A stretch of 64,000 bases of DNA from a virus (lineage: Duplodnaviria; Heunggongvirae; Uroviricota; Caudoviricetes), in the IMG/VR virus record IMGVR_UViG_3300026549_000001, positions 32,001 through 96,000 of that record; one strand, written 5' to 3'. The stretch's first letter is position 1; every line of letters starts with the position of its first letter. The translations under genes and the position numbers were made by a program. Positions 1-10,762 of the stretch are shown here, piece by piece. The notes under the pieces were generated by a model. It had not been told where the DNA came from. It saw only the letters and a list, made by a program, of their open reading frames with translations, and did no database searches.

Positions 1-3000
1 TAGATAACAAGGTCGGAAAGTTCAAACCAATACTCGTTTTCCTCTTCACCAGTTACAACAACTTCGGTTGCAATGGTTTTCACAGAAGGAATATAAACTT
101 GCTGTTTAGAATCAGTCAAATCCTCGTGCGCTGAAATAAGTATATCATTGTGATAGATATATTCAAACACAGTTAGAGTGTGTCCATTATAAAGAGTAGA
201 ATCTACTGGAATATCTACATAAAAATACCCATCAGTAGTAGTTTCACCATTAGGAACAGTATAATCTACTGTAACTTCGCTTACAACATTTCCATCTTCA
301 TCAACGAGTTTTGCATTTACTTTATAAGTAGTGCCACAAACTGCGCTGTAATAGTCTACACGGTCTCTAACAATACCTTTTTCATCATTCAAGAGGTATT
401 TTGCTAATTTATCACTTTCGTCTTTGCTCTTATCAAAAGCAAATGTGCCGATTGCTACTTTAACAATAGATTCATCCCAATCTGCAAGGTCGTAATGGAT
501 AGCAACCTGTGTGATATTAGGACGGTCGTTTCTATGCAATTCACCTGTGACAACATAAGTGCCACTTGACAAAATAGAACTATCAAATTCAAACTTAACA
601 TCAAATTCAGTAGTTACGGAATCAGTAGTGAATACATAATCATCTGTGGTAGCTACAATAGTACCATCAACACTATTACGGAGAGCAACATTTTTAAAGG
701 TATAAGTTTTATTGGGAAGTAGGTCTTCAACCCAGAAATGGTCGATTAATACAACATCTGTATTATAACCCGCTTCTAATATACCTGTATCAAATTGTGC
801 GTATGACTTAAGTCGAGGTGGCTTTTCGTTGATGATTTCTCTATTATATGTAGCATCATCATCTGCAACAGTAAATTCAACATAGGCTTCGTGTCCTTGT
901 GGGGGTAGATAGCCGTCAGGTTGTTTTACCTCAAGAATACGATAAGTCTTACCTACATGAAGTCCATAAAGGTCGATGGTTTCTCCTGTAGTAACATAAT
1001 CCATTTGTCCATAAAGAGGAAGTTGAACAGCGTAATTATCACCATTCATTTCCCAAAGCTGAACGGTTGCGCCAATAAGGAGTTTCTTATCACCATTAAC
1101 AGTATATCCGTTCTTATGGAAAATGTTTACAGTTGTATGGTTAGTAAGCCTATCAGTATATTCACTATCATAATAGAAAACAACATTTATAGCTCCATTA
1201 GAAGTATAAACTTCTTCAGGGTCAATAAAGATTTCAAACTCGAAATAATTATTATTGATTGTACCATTTTCTACATGATTAAGTGTATGTCCCAAAGGTG
1301 CTTTAATTTCGGAAAGCCTATACCTACCAGGCTTCATAGGTAGAGAAGTTGCCCTACCTTCACTATCAGTAACCAATAAACTTGCATCGTTTTCTTGATT
1401 AAGGATTAGGTCAGTAGCAGTTGCATTCTCCCATGCACCAGTGTTTTCATTAAAGAACTCAAGTCTAAACTCTGCGCCCTGTAGCGTACCATAATAATTG
1501 GGCTTATCGGAGTTATTAGAGCTTTTCTTTATTTCAATAGTAACAGTTTGTCTACGGTTAGCCGCAACTGTTAATTCTTTAGGAATAGTAGGATATTCGT
1601 CCCATCCAATGTGGGTATTTGCACCGTTGTTCCTCATATTCCACATCCAAGAGTCAACAGCATAGAAGCCCTCTGTGGTCTTTGTTTCCTCGAAAACATA
1701 AGTACCGATTAGAGCAACAGTTTCCCCTAATTCATTGTGGTAGAAAGTATCTCCACCAACAAGATAATCCTCATTATAGTAAATAGTAGTAGCAAGCATT
1801 ATACCTTCACTACCATCATCAAGAATTACAGGAGAAGGGGTTTCAGCATCTTTGGCTTCAAGAACCCACCTCTTTGCGGCACGATTCTTCATACTTTCCT
1901 TAATAACAACTCTACCATTTTCATCAGTAGTAAATAATTCGTTATAACTTAATTCATCATTAAGAAAATAATATACTGTGAATTGTGTACCTACAAGAGA
2001 TAAATCATAATACTGTTCATCTGCTGTGGATAAAGTTTTAGTTAAACCAAAATAGAATTCAGGACTATATGGCTCATTGCGGAGAGTGAATTCCACAACA
2101 TTATTGATATTATTATCTGCTGTGGCATTAATAGTCATTCTCTGCCTATCATAAATCTTACCACTATCTTGGTCGATTGCTGTTTCCTCAAGGATATAAT
2201 TTCCAATAGGAACTTCTACTGCGGGTTTATTATCTGCGGGGAATACAGTATCATATACCATTTCACCACGAGCATCGGTTTTACCAGTTGCTACAACAGA
2301 AACGCCGTCAGCCTTGAATAGTGTCCATGTTACACCTAAATTATATTCTTGTGGGTTTACGGTCTGTACCCAAGCATCGTTTTTCCAAACCTTGCGAACA
2401 CGAATCCAAGTGGTTGCTTCGCGTTCAGTAGAAGTTACGCTCACTTGAGTATTGCCATTGCCACTAATGGTATATATGTTATTATCAAACAAATATCCAT
2501 TAGGTCTTTCAACCTCTATGCAGTAATAAGTAACATCCTCGTCAAGCCAAATGCTATTCGGGGTGCAAGAACCGTTATTATTACTAATGGTAAATATTGC
2601 TTCATTACCATTTACATCAAGAGCAACATTACTATAAGGAACGGTCTTTGGGTACTTATTACTACCCGCGTAAGAGTCTATCTGATTTTTAACAACCTCT
2701 GCATCAGCGAGATTTGTAAAAAGAGCGTATTTAGCACCAATAATAGGATGGGATGCTAAATATTCCTCATTAGTATATAGAGGGGTTGCTAAACTTATCC
2801 TCTTTTCAATAGAAGCCTCAAAGAACTTGGGAGTTTCCATAGAGATAACAAGTCCATCCATTATGGTAGTAGCTTCGCCACCCGCAACAATCTTCATTGT
2901 ATGGATTGTTTCATCAAGATTATATCCCTTTGGAATTTTGGTTTCTATTACGAAATATTCCCCAATAAGGAATTCGAGAGTATTTGAAGTATATGAATCT

Positions 3001-3302
3001 CCGTTCTTTTCTATTACGAAAACAGCGGGTTCATTATTTGTTGTAATAGCAATACCCTCATCTCCTGCGGGTTTACCCTGTTTCATATTATCAAGGGCAT
3101 TTTGAGCCGCAATATAAGATGTATATGCAGTATATTCTGCACCCACCATAGACCATACTTCTGTATAGCTCGTCTTGGCTTTAATGGGTTCAGTATCGGG
3201 TTTTTCCGCAAAAGCGGTTACAGGTATAGCCGACACTATAATACTGCATACCATTGCTATCGCCATCACAAAAGAAAGAAGTCTTTTTGTTGATTTGAAC
3301 AT
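1..3302 (-). CDS. Large secreted adhesin/pilin-like protein with SpaA/Cna-B (prealbumin-like) domains and VaFE-like repeats; runs off the window edge
   Basis: Not in the ORF track because it is partial. Translated by hand from ATG 3302 (RBS GAAAGGA): signal peptide MFKSTKRLLSFVMAIAMVCSIIVSAIPVTAFA, then repeated Y-x-x-x-E-T-K-x-P-x-G-Y motifs (GEYFVIETKIPKGY, GRYRLSEIKAPLGH). Confidence 0.8.
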   Translation of the reverse strand, partial: MFKSTKRLLSFVMAIAMVCSIIVSAIPVTAFAEKPDTEPIKAKTSYTEVWSMVGAEYTAYTSYIAAQNALDNMKQGKPAGDEGIAITTNNEPAVFVIEKNGDSYTSNTLEFLIGEYFVIETKIPKGYNLDETIHTMKIVAGGEATTIMDGLVISMETPKFFEASIEKRISLATPLYTNEEYLASHPIIGAKYALFTNLADAEVVKNQIDSYAGSNKYPKTVPYSNVALDVNGNEAIFTISNNNGSCTPNSIWLDEDVTYYCIEVERPNGYLFDNNIYTISGNGNTQVSVTSTEREATTWIRVRKVWKNDAWVQTVNPQEYNLGVTWTLFKADGVSVVATGKTDARGEMVYDTVFPADNKPAVEVPIGNYILEETAIDQDSGKIYDRQRMTINATADNNINNVVEFTLRNEPYSPEFYFGLTKTLSTADEQYYDLSLVGTQFTVYYFLNDELSYNELFTTDENGRVVIKESMKNRAAKRWVLEAKDAETPSPVILDDGSEGIMLATTIYYNEDYLVGGDTFYHNELGETVALIGTYVFEETKTTEGFYAVDSWMWNMRNNGANTHIGWDEYPTIPKELTVAANRRQTVTIEIKKSSNNSDKPNYYGTLQGAEFRLEFFNENTGAWENATATDLILNQENDASLLVTDSEGRATSLPMKPGRYRLSEIKAPLGHTLNHVENGTINNNYFEFEIFIDPEEVYTSNGAINVVFYYDSEYTDRLTNHTTVNIFHKNGYTVNGDKKLLIGATVQLWEMNGDNYAVQLPLYGQMDYVTTGETIDLYGLHVGKTYRILEVKQPDGYLPPQGHEAYVEFTVADDDATYNREIINEKPPRLKSYAQFDTGILEAGYNTDVVLIDHFWVEDLLPNKTYTFKNVALRNSVDGTIVATTDDYVFTTDSVTTEFDVKFEFDSSILSSGTYVVTGELHRNDRPNITQVAIHYDLADWDESIVKVAIGTFAFDKSKDESDKLAKYLLNDEKGIVRDRVDYYSAVCGTTYKVNAKLVDEDGNVVSEVTVDYTVPNGETTTDGYFYVDIPVDSTLYNGHTLTVFEYIYHNDILISAHEDLTDSKQQVYIPSVKTIATEVVVTGEEENEYWFELSDLVI

Positions 3303-3690
3303 TTTGGTTTCCTTTCATATTTTTGTTTCCCACAATTTCTATTCGGTACGCTCTTATTGTAGGAAGATGTGTATATATATATTAAAGAGGGTATTAAGGG
3401 GATTAATACCCTCTGGTATTATTAAATAATTCAATTTATTCCAAATATAGAAAAACTGAATTGTTTATAATATTCCTTCATTATTAAATAGACTAATTTT
3501 AGTTCTTATATAGATATGAATGTAAAAAGTCTAAATAATATTAATTCTATAAGAAGATATATTAACCATTAAGAGAGTTGTTATTCAATCAAATAGAGAT
3601 TGTCATTTATTAAATAGTATAGAAACGAATGTATTTGCAAAACTATTCAAAAGAGCTATTATTCTTCTCTTAATAATAAATAACCTAAAT

Positions 3691-6600
3691 TTAGAACTTA
3701 AAAGGAGTTTTTGGTTTTTCAGTAGAACTTGTGTCTGTTGATTCTGCTTTCGGGAAGTTCAACTTAAATCCCTTTGGTTGTGGGTTTTCTGATACTTCAG
3801 GAGCAATAGTAGGACTTACTGCTGATGGTTCAACAGGTTTTGCTTCAACAGGTTTTGTATCTACATTAAATTGGATTTTAGGTCTGTCAGAAATATCCCT
3901 ATTAGGTCTAACAGGAGGTGTTATTCTCTCTGATACTTTTGGCGGTTCAGGAGTTTCTTCCTTCTTATTATTAAATAAGTCTTCTTCATCACTTAAAGCG
4001 TTTTTGATGAAATCAGGGGTAGTATCTTCTTGTTCTTCATTTTCATCAGTATTAGAAACACCACCATCGGGGTCATCAAGTTTGTATTGTCTAACCCATC
4101 CTTCATTTTTGATTTCCTCTTTACGCCGTTTTTTTAATTCAAGGAAAACGGGATTATCATAAGTCATCTTCAGACTTTCATCAAATTCCCAATCCACATT
4201 ATGTTTACCATAGTTCGCTACTCTATGATAGGAATAAAAATATTCCTCTCTTATTTTCATAAGAGGTCAGACTATATCATTCAGATAAAATTATATTTCC
4301 CGCACCATACACAACACATTCTTTATTATAAATAATACTCGGTGTAGGAATAATGTCAATAAGATTATTTTTATTAAAATCATCTTTTGGGTATCTATCT
4401 TCGTTCATTATTAAATAGGTTAAAAGTGATAGTTGTTCTTCAAAATTTTCAAAACCGTATATATGAATAAGTCGTATGCCCTTTTCTCTGCATAGTAAAC
4501 TTTTCTTCAAATGATAATCCTTCGGTACTTTACTATGCCAATATGTTCCATTGTACTCTATTGCAAGTTTTCTATGTGGTAAATATATATCTAATTCATA
4601 AGGAGATATTATTGTTCTTATATGCCTTATTATTTCATACGGATATACCCCCATTAAGCATTTAACAATTTCTTGTTCTGGTAAAGTATCAGTAGTTGCT
4701 ATATGAGAATTATAATACTCTTTTATAATAGGTATATATTCATTTGGAATGAAAGCAGAATTACAATAGTATATACGAGGTATATTTAATTGTTTATTTT
4801 GTTTCCAACCTTCACCATATAAATTTACTAATGTTTTCATTCGAGTACATTTGTTTTCTTGCTCAAATAAAGTTCTCTTTTCGGTTTTTGTATTTTGAAT
4901 TTGTTCCTGTATAGTAGTTAGATAAAATGGATTATCTACTCCATATTTAGCCATTAACGCTTTTTTAGTTTGGTTAGCTCTATATGAAGAGTTTCCCCTT
5001 CCACAAGCACAAGTTATTTGATATTTTTCTTGTAAGGTGTGTTTTGTTTTATCTCGAACATCTTTTCTATTTTGATTATATAATGCACTACAAGAATTAG
5101 AACAAAATATTCTATATCCTTTAGTTAATCCTAAAAAAGTTGTTTCTTTACTACATACAGGGCAAATACCCTCTTGTGATGTTTTATAAAATAAGTCATA
5201 ATATTGTTTAGGAGATATATTGTGTATTTTTATGTGTACTCCTAAAACATTAACATTTTCATTACATAATTGACATTGCATAATTTTAACTTTACCCACT
5301 CTTTCCCTTTTGCTTAAAAGGTACTCCCATACAGGGATAGTCGTTGAGCCTTTCTCTTGATTATCTATCAATTATTAAATAGACTAATTTTAGAGTTTTG
5401 GTTGCTTATTGTCCAATCTATATATTTTTTAAAACCCTCACACTTATCATTTCTAATTATGTTGTGGTATATATAGCTTTAAGGATGTTCAAGCAATTAA
5501 ATGGGTTTATAGAGGACAATGGTTTTCATCCTCTGGTTGTGTATAATATGTTTGTGTTTCTATGATTTCATTACCACTTTGTAAGAAACCGCGCCCCTTT
5601 ATCTCCGGTTTAGCCAGATTACTAATATCTTTTTCAAACATTAAAGTCGAGGCTCCCGTATCGAATGCGCCAAGTATAATGCTTAACTGTATATTGTTCT
5701 TTAGGTCTGTACTTATTGTGTTACCCGATGCTCTCTGACACTGGTAAGGAAAAATACCAAGACTATATCTTTAATCTATATACTGTTACCATATATAGAT
5801 TACCCACCACTTCGCATTTCTGCTACTCTACTCACTTCTTCACTTATATCTTTCTTATAAGTTATGTTTTCGATAGTCTTTGAACCTTCCTCTATTCGAG
5901 GCTTGGATGCGGATTGATATATTATTAAACGACCGTAGGAATAGATTACTTTTACTATTTTTTTATTTCACCATAGCCGATTTCTTTTTGTTTTTTCTAC
6001 TTTCGTAACATTCACACTTGACTTTATTTCATGTCTATGTTGTAGTCAAAAGAACCTTAATATCTTCCCGCAATTCAATGGGATAACTACACATAATTGC
6101 TTATATATAGTGCCTGTTTTTTTTTATTTCTTAATAGTCATGTCTAATTTCAAAATTAGAAGCTATCCAATTATGAATATCTTCGAGTGTCCATAAAACT
6201 ACATAATTTAATTTATTTTGTTTAGCACACTTTCTTTTTTCTACATCTTTTTTCGTCCATATATCTATAGCCATTTGCATTTTATTAGATGTTTTGGCTT
6301 TCTCTTTCCATGCGTTTAATACACTTACATCAGCTTGAGAGGTTTCATCAAACCAATGATTGTTGTGGGTAAAATAACCATTAATTTCTACAAAAGTATC
6401 AGTATTGGGTAAATAAAAATCACAATGATATGGATAACGCAAATCTTTATTATATTCATACTCAAAAGGAATATTATGTTCTAATAGTGCGGTTTTTAGT
6501 ATATTTTCCCAAGATGACCTTGTTCCATTATATTTTTCAAGTACATTACCACACATAGGATTATTATTTCCGTAGCGTTTTAATAAAGTTTGTTGTACCT

Positions 6601-9600
6601 TATGTTGTGTTTCCATTGTGCAAAACGAATTTGGATAGCCATATCGTTCAATCATTGTCGCTCGTTTTTTAGTCATCGCTTGTTTATTATGACTTTTTTG
6701 TAATGATTCCTCTGTTAATAATGGCGTTGTTTTCCCATACCGAGCGATATTTGTAGCCTCTATTTTATTTCTTGTGTTAGGATGTTTTTGCCCACAAGAG
6801 ACACTACACACTTTTCGATAACCAAGAGCAAGATTGATGAAATTAGTAGGATTACCACATACTTGACAAATATCTTCGTTATCTTTTTTTAAATATAAAT
6901 TATAATAGTTTTGTGTTGTCATACCATGTGCCAATGCAATATGACAACCAAGCCCTCTATAATTTGGACTTGTATGTTCACAAATTAGACATTTTACCAT
7001 TAAATATTTTCCTTTTAGGTTAAGCAAGAGCAAGGTGGGTAGCCGCGGCTCTTCCGAGGCGAGCTATACTCCCAAGTGCCTGTTTTACTGTGTCTACCGA
7101 TTTATAATCATCTGATGTCATACATAAATGGACTATATCTTTATCCTATATACTATTACCATATATAAAATACCTACCACTTCCCTTTAATAGACTTATA
7201 TATAACTATTCTCATTATATCGCTAACCGTTAAGGCGGTACTCTACTCATTTATTCATATAAGTTTTTCTCTTATATTATACTTTCGATAGTCTCTGAAC
7301 CGTTCTCTATTCGAGAGTTGGTTGCTGATTACTAATTATTAAACGACCGTAGGAGTAGATTGCTTTTACTACCTTTTATTTCACCATAGCCGATTTCTTT
7401 TATTTTTTCTGCTTTCGCAACATTCACGACTGTCTGTATTTCAAAACTTCGTTGTAGTTAAAAGAACATTATAGCTTTTCAGCAATTAAATAGGTTAATT
7501 TTTGCACATATTGGTTAAGTTATCAAAATAAACATTAACCTTTATATACCGAGCCTATAACACCATTAAGCTCATTGAGTTCATCACATAACAGTATCAT
7601 GCACTTTGGGGTATATTCCCCTCTTGTTTTCCTAATTGAGTTAGCATCCACATAAGAATTGTAACCCTTGACTTCGGGTAATTGTGGATGCTTCCACTTG
7701 TTCTTCTGTAAACCATTATATATATCTTCAATAGTAAGAATAATGGGTTGTCTACCTTCAGGATATATCATTAGGTTCTTTGCATAATTTCTATCTGTTT
7801 CGTCCAAGTCAACAGTAAGCTCAAACATTTCATCGAATTGACATTTTTTACCGAAAATTTCAAAATAATCTACTTCGACTCCTTTGCACTTATATATATT
7901 ATTGACTTGTTGCTTCTCCATAAATTTGAAGCGGCTCATCATTAGAGTTTGAAAGTTTGCCGCAAGTGCCGCCGCTGTTGCTACATCAAGCGCAACTCCT
8001 TTGACTCCTTTAACCCCCCGCAACAAATTGAATTCCACTCTTTTACAATCCCATTTACTTATTATATTTCTATAATAAACTGACTATATCTTGTATAATA
8101 AATGACTTATTTGTGAATTTTAAACTGCTTATACCAATGTTTATCATGAAATTTACTAATACAATAGTTTAGGTGTGGTTGTACTTCTTCGACTGTCCAC
8201 ATTATAACATTATTATCAGCCATACACTTGCGTTTATCTTTATCCTTTAGTTGTCTATCTTCATCCAAGAATTGAAGTCCTTTTATCTCAATCAGCTCAT
8301 CATTGATTAAGAAATCTGGAAAATAATAATGTTTTTTATTATTACTATCGTAGTATTCAAGTCTAATTGGTAATCTATTGATAGGTATGTTATTATCTTT
8401 ACAATAAATATATACAGCTAATTCCCAAGAGCTATCAAAGTTTAAATTATCATACTTGTAATGGCTTAAAGTTCTCTTTTGAATTTCTCTGTTTTGTTGA
8501 GGATTTTTAACCCCATATCTTTCCATGTTGGTATGTTTAATTTTTTCTTTGCCATACTCTGATGCAAAAACATTTTCAGCCCCAAACTTTTCTACAAGTG
8601 TTTTAATGGCTTTTGCTTTAATCTCTCCCGCTTGTAATGTGCATATATTACCGTATAGTTCTAAATTTGTTTGTTTTGTTTTTTCTATAACATCTATGCG
8701 TTGATGGGCATTCTCTACACCATACCGCTCAATATTTGCTTGTTTAATTTTTTCTTGTATTTCTTTTGATTTAAACGGATTGTTCACCCCATAATTCTCG
8801 ATAAATGTTTGTTTAACTTTATCTTGCGTTTCCCTCGTACAAAATGAAGTTTTATATCCGTGTACTCTTAAGTGTGTGGCTAATCGTTTTTCTTGAATCG
8901 TTTTATCTGCATACTGACATTTTTTACTGCATCGGGAATTATATCCTTGATTAAGACTAATAAACTTGGTAGGGTTTCCGCAACATTTACAGATTCCCTC
9001 TCCTTCCCGCTTTAGATAAGTGTCATAATATGTTACATTTGTTAAGTTATGATGTTTTATATGCCATGATAACTGTTTTGCTGTTTCAAACGATTCACCA
9101 CATATTTTACAAGTTATCATTTATTATACTCCTTCCACTTCCATCCGTAACTCATCCTCGGATGTACTCCCTTAATGGGATAGTCGATACACTTCCTCAA
9201 TTTTTTGAGTTTAGCACGGTATTCGGTTTATCTCACCATTTTTCAGGTTTACCGTCTCTTATTCAGATTATTCGTCTATGGTTTATATCCCTATATCTTG
9301 TTGTAACATTTCATAGAGAAGTCTTATTTTTCTGATACCGTTAGCAATTTAGAATAAAATCTAAATCACACCCATGAGTAATATGGTTCAAAAGGAATGC
9401 GCGAATTGGTTTACGCCCGCTAACTGAAAGTGGTCGGGGAATCTTGATACATGACCTACAATGGACTGTTCAAGAACTGACTTTCCTGAATTGTGTAGAA
9501 TAGCTCCAAAAGGAGATTGAAACTTTGGAGAGGTGTCCAATGTAAAACCATAATATTGTCCAATTTGATTTAATGGTTTTACAGCAAAGTTTACTTGTTT

Positions 9601-9603
9601 CAA
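3691..9603 (-). CDS. FtsK-like ATPase 1, C-terminal gene: 38-aa intein C-fragment plus C-extein. Exons 9603-9413, 8051-7569, 7122-7023, 5740-5528, 4194-3691
   Basis: TTG start with AAGGAGG RBS. Joined exons are in frame and read ...ILHN/SGKSVLEQS...AGV^DCKRVEF...ILLCDELNEL^MTSD...GSIARLGRAAATHLALA^CQRASG...GRGFLQSG...QPED^DWEF, which are FtsK/SpoIIIE motifs. Confidence 0.88.
4195..5527 (-). mobile_element. Group I intron 4 (carries an endonuclease ORF)
   Basis: P1 AGAGGAU/GUCCUCU with U-G at the 5' splice site; CAACGACUAUC and GAUAUAGUC P7 strands; P9 hairpins; terminal G; removal restores the frame. Confidence 0.85.
4277..5281 (-). CDS. Intron-encoded putative homing endonuclease (C2H2/CxxC Zn motifs, KYGVxN repeats, PD-(D/E)XK/Vsr-like C-terminus)
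   Basis: CQLC..H..H, CPVC, YELDIYLP..LAIEYNGTYWH; stop codon overlaps the P7 3' strand; likely start ATG 5281. Confidence 0.8.
   Translation of the reverse strand: MQCQLCNENVNVLGVHIKIHNISPKQYYDLFYKTSQEGICPVCSKETTFLGLTKGYRIFCSNSCSALYNQNRKDVRDKTKHTLQEKYQITCACGRGNSSYRANQTKKALMAKYGVDNPFYLTTIQEQIQNTKTEKRTLFEQENKCTRMKTLVNLYGEGWKQNKQLNIPRIYYCNSAFIPNEYIPIIKEYYNSHIATTDTLPEQEIVKCLMGVYPYEIIRHIRTIISPYELDIYLPHRKLAIEYNGTYWHSKVPKDYHLKKSLLCREKGIRLIHIYGFENFEEQLSLLTYLIMNEDRYPKDDFNKNNLIDIIPTPSIIYNKECVVYGAGNIILSE
5741..7022 (-). mobile_element. Group I intron 3 (endonuclease ORF in the P1 loop)
   Basis: Exon ends UUGCU and pairs with GGCA downstream of the ORF; core GAAUUGCGGGAA, AAGACUAUCG and AAGAUAUAGUC; ends ...CCAG before TGT CAG AGA. 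Confidence 0.85.
6131..7000 (-). CDS. Intron-encoded putative homing endonuclease
   Basis: CLIC..H...H, CQVC, RYG repeats, YPYHCDFYLP..FVEING..TH. Confidence 0.8.
   Translation of the reverse strand: MVKCLICEHTSPNYRGLGCHIALAHGMTTQNYYNLYLKKDNEDICQVCGNPTNFINLALGYRKVCSVSCGQKHPNTRNKIEATNIARYGKTTPLLTEESLQKSHNKQAMTKKRATMIERYGYPNSFCTMETQHKVQQTLLKRYGNNNPMCGNVLEKYNGTRSSWENILKTALLEHNIPFEYEYNKDLRYPYHCDFYLPNTDTFVEINGYFTHNNHWFDETSQADVSVLNAWKEKAKTSNKMQMAIDIWTKKDVEKRKCAKQNKLNYVVLWTLEDIHNWIASNFEIRHDY
7123..7568 (-). mobile_element. Group I intron 2 (no ORF, 446 nt)
   Basis: P1 GAGCU/GGCUC; AAUUGCUGAAA, GAGACUAUCG and AAGAUAUAGUC core; terminal G; the CT^T join gives DELNELMTS. Confidence 0.85.
8052..9412 (-). 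mobile_element. Group I intron 1 (carries an endonuclease ORF)
   Basis: P1 GCGU/GCGC; GUAUCGACUAUC and AAGAUAUAGUC; P9 hairpin with GAAA loop; the GT^G join gives AGVDCKRVEF. Confidence 0.85.
8107..9120 (-). CDS. Intron-encoded putative homing endonuclease
   Basis: CKIC..H..H, CKCC, repeated YGVxN units, FDSSWE..YFPDF..IEIKG nuclease motif. Confidence 0.8.
   Translation of the reverse strand: MITCKICGESFETAKQLSWHIKHHNLTNVTYYDTYLKREGEGICKCCGNPTKFISLNQGYNSRCSKKCQYADKTIQEKRLATHLRVHGYKTSFCTRETQDKVKQTFIENYGVNNPFKSKEIQEKIKQANIERYGVENAHQRIDVIEKTKQTNLELYGNICTLQAGEIKAKAIKTLVEKFGAENVFASEYGKEKIKHTNMERYGVKNPQQNREIQKRTLSHYKYDNLNFDSSWELAVYIYCKDNNIPINRLPIRLEYYDSNNKKHYYFPDFLINDELIEIKGLQFLDEDRQLKDKDKRKCMADNNVIMWTVEEVQPHLNYCISKFHDKHWYKQFKIHK
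9490..9603 (-). other. Split intein 1, C-fragment (38 aa)
   Basis: ..GQYYGFTLD..ILHN followed by Ser(+1) SGKS; VMA-type blocks F/G. Confidence 0.88.
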
Positions 9604-9687
9604 ATAAATTTCCTCCTTAATATATATTTCCCAAGATTGGGTTATATATAGCACTTACAAAATTACTTATTATTTGTATAATAAAAA

Positions 9688-9715
9688 ACAAAGAGAATAT
9701 ATTTATCTCTTTGTT
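9688..9715. terminator. Hairpin, probable terminator after the Hint-core gene
   Basis: acaaagaga...tctctttgt inverted repeat. Confidence 0.45.
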
Positions 9716-9740
9716 AGTAATAATGTAAGGTTATATTTAC

Positions 9741-10232
9741 TTATACTTTTTCCATAGCCATTTTACTTTGGAAGGATTCATCCATTTGTAGAAAAACATC
9801 AACAGGCATATCTATATGTTCACCCGTTTCTTTATCTACCATAGATAATATATGTTCTGCATTTACATAAAAGGTTTCTCCGTCAATAGTCAATTCATAC
9901 ATATCTGATAGTCCTGTATGTAATTTAGTAATTTGACGGGGAGTATTATCTTCTCCAACCACATAATCTCCAAGCTCAATATTTTTTGCTAATTTATATC
10001 GAGCATCAACAGGAAGGGTTGAATTATCTTCTTCTATTCGGAAAGACCTTTTTATTCTTCTACCATTAATATTATCTATAAGATAGTATTTAAAGTAGTC
10101 GGTCATTTCTAATAATTCTGAAATTGAAAAGCAATATTTCTTTGGGAATAGAAAGCCTTTAAATACAAATAATTGTTTATTGTCATTTCCAATAATAAAA
10201 GAGTTATCATCTAAATATACTCTGTATCTCAT
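9741..10232 (-). CDS. Free-standing Hint core, middle piece of split intein 1
   Basis: KLAKNIELGDYVVGEDNTPRQITKLHTGLSDMYEL..FYVNAEHILS is a VMA-type N2/B block; no block A and no terminal HN. Confidence 0.82.
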   Translation of the reverse strand: MRYRVYLDDNSFIIGNDNKQLFVFKGFLFPKKYCFSISELLEMTDYFKYYLIDNINGRRIKRSFRIEEDNSTLPVDARYKLAKNIELGDYVVGEDNTPRQITKLHTGLSDMYELTIDGETFYVNAEHILSMVDKETGEHIDMPVDVFLQMDESFQSKMAMEKV

Positions 10233-10266
10233 TTTTCCTTTCGCTTTGTACTTCCTTCCTTTTTTA

Positions 10267-10683
10267 TTAGGTTAATTCCCAAGCCAAGTCATAATATCTT
10301 TTATATCCACTATAATTAGGAATATCTTGGCTATGTCGCATTATTTTATTACTGTGCTTCTTGTGTGATTTTTTCCTTATATTCAGTCTCGCTACTCTTT
10401 CAGGAGTATCTACCACACTAAAAGTTACAGGTCTTTTTGTAACTGTTGGTGGGTAATATCCTCCCTCAACAATTACTTTACCATAGAGTTCTATTTTGGG
10501 AACATTTCGTTCAGGGAGAAAACAGATTTCATATCCTGTATTATATTTTTTAGTTTTTAAATAATACCCTAATCCCTGTCCGTATTCATAATTGATTGCT
10601 TTTTCAAATCGCCTTTGTTCTTTTAGGCGTGTTTGTCTAATACGGTTATTACGCTTATGTTTTTCAAATAACTTTCTGTTCAT
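10267..10683 (-). CDS. Basic hypothetical protein
   Basis: ORF with RBS, K/R-rich. Confidence 0.6.
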   Translation of the reverse strand: MNRKLFEKHKRNNRIRQTRLKEQRRFEKAINYEYGQGLGYYLKTKKYNTGYEICFLPERNVPKIELYGKVIVEGGYYPPTVTKRPVTFSVVDTPERVARLNIRKKSHKKHSNKIMRHSQDIPNYSGYKRYYDLAWELT

Positions 10684-10713
10684 ATCATAATCGTTCCCTT
10701 TCGTCTATATAAA

Positions 10714-10740
10714 AAGGCTAACTTGTTTAAGGTTAGCCTT
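10714..10740 (-). terminator. Rho-independent terminator
   Basis: aaggctaac...gttagcctt hairpin with a T-run on the minus strand. Confidence 0.6.
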
Positions 10741-10762
10741 ATTGTTATTATATTAGGTTTAA

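Noticed and set aside
4195-4260. ORF-track starts or ends at 4260, 5371, 7033, 7535, 8038, 9388 and 9654
   Set aside because: These are artefacts of reading into intron or upstream sequence; the exon model and RBS positions explain them
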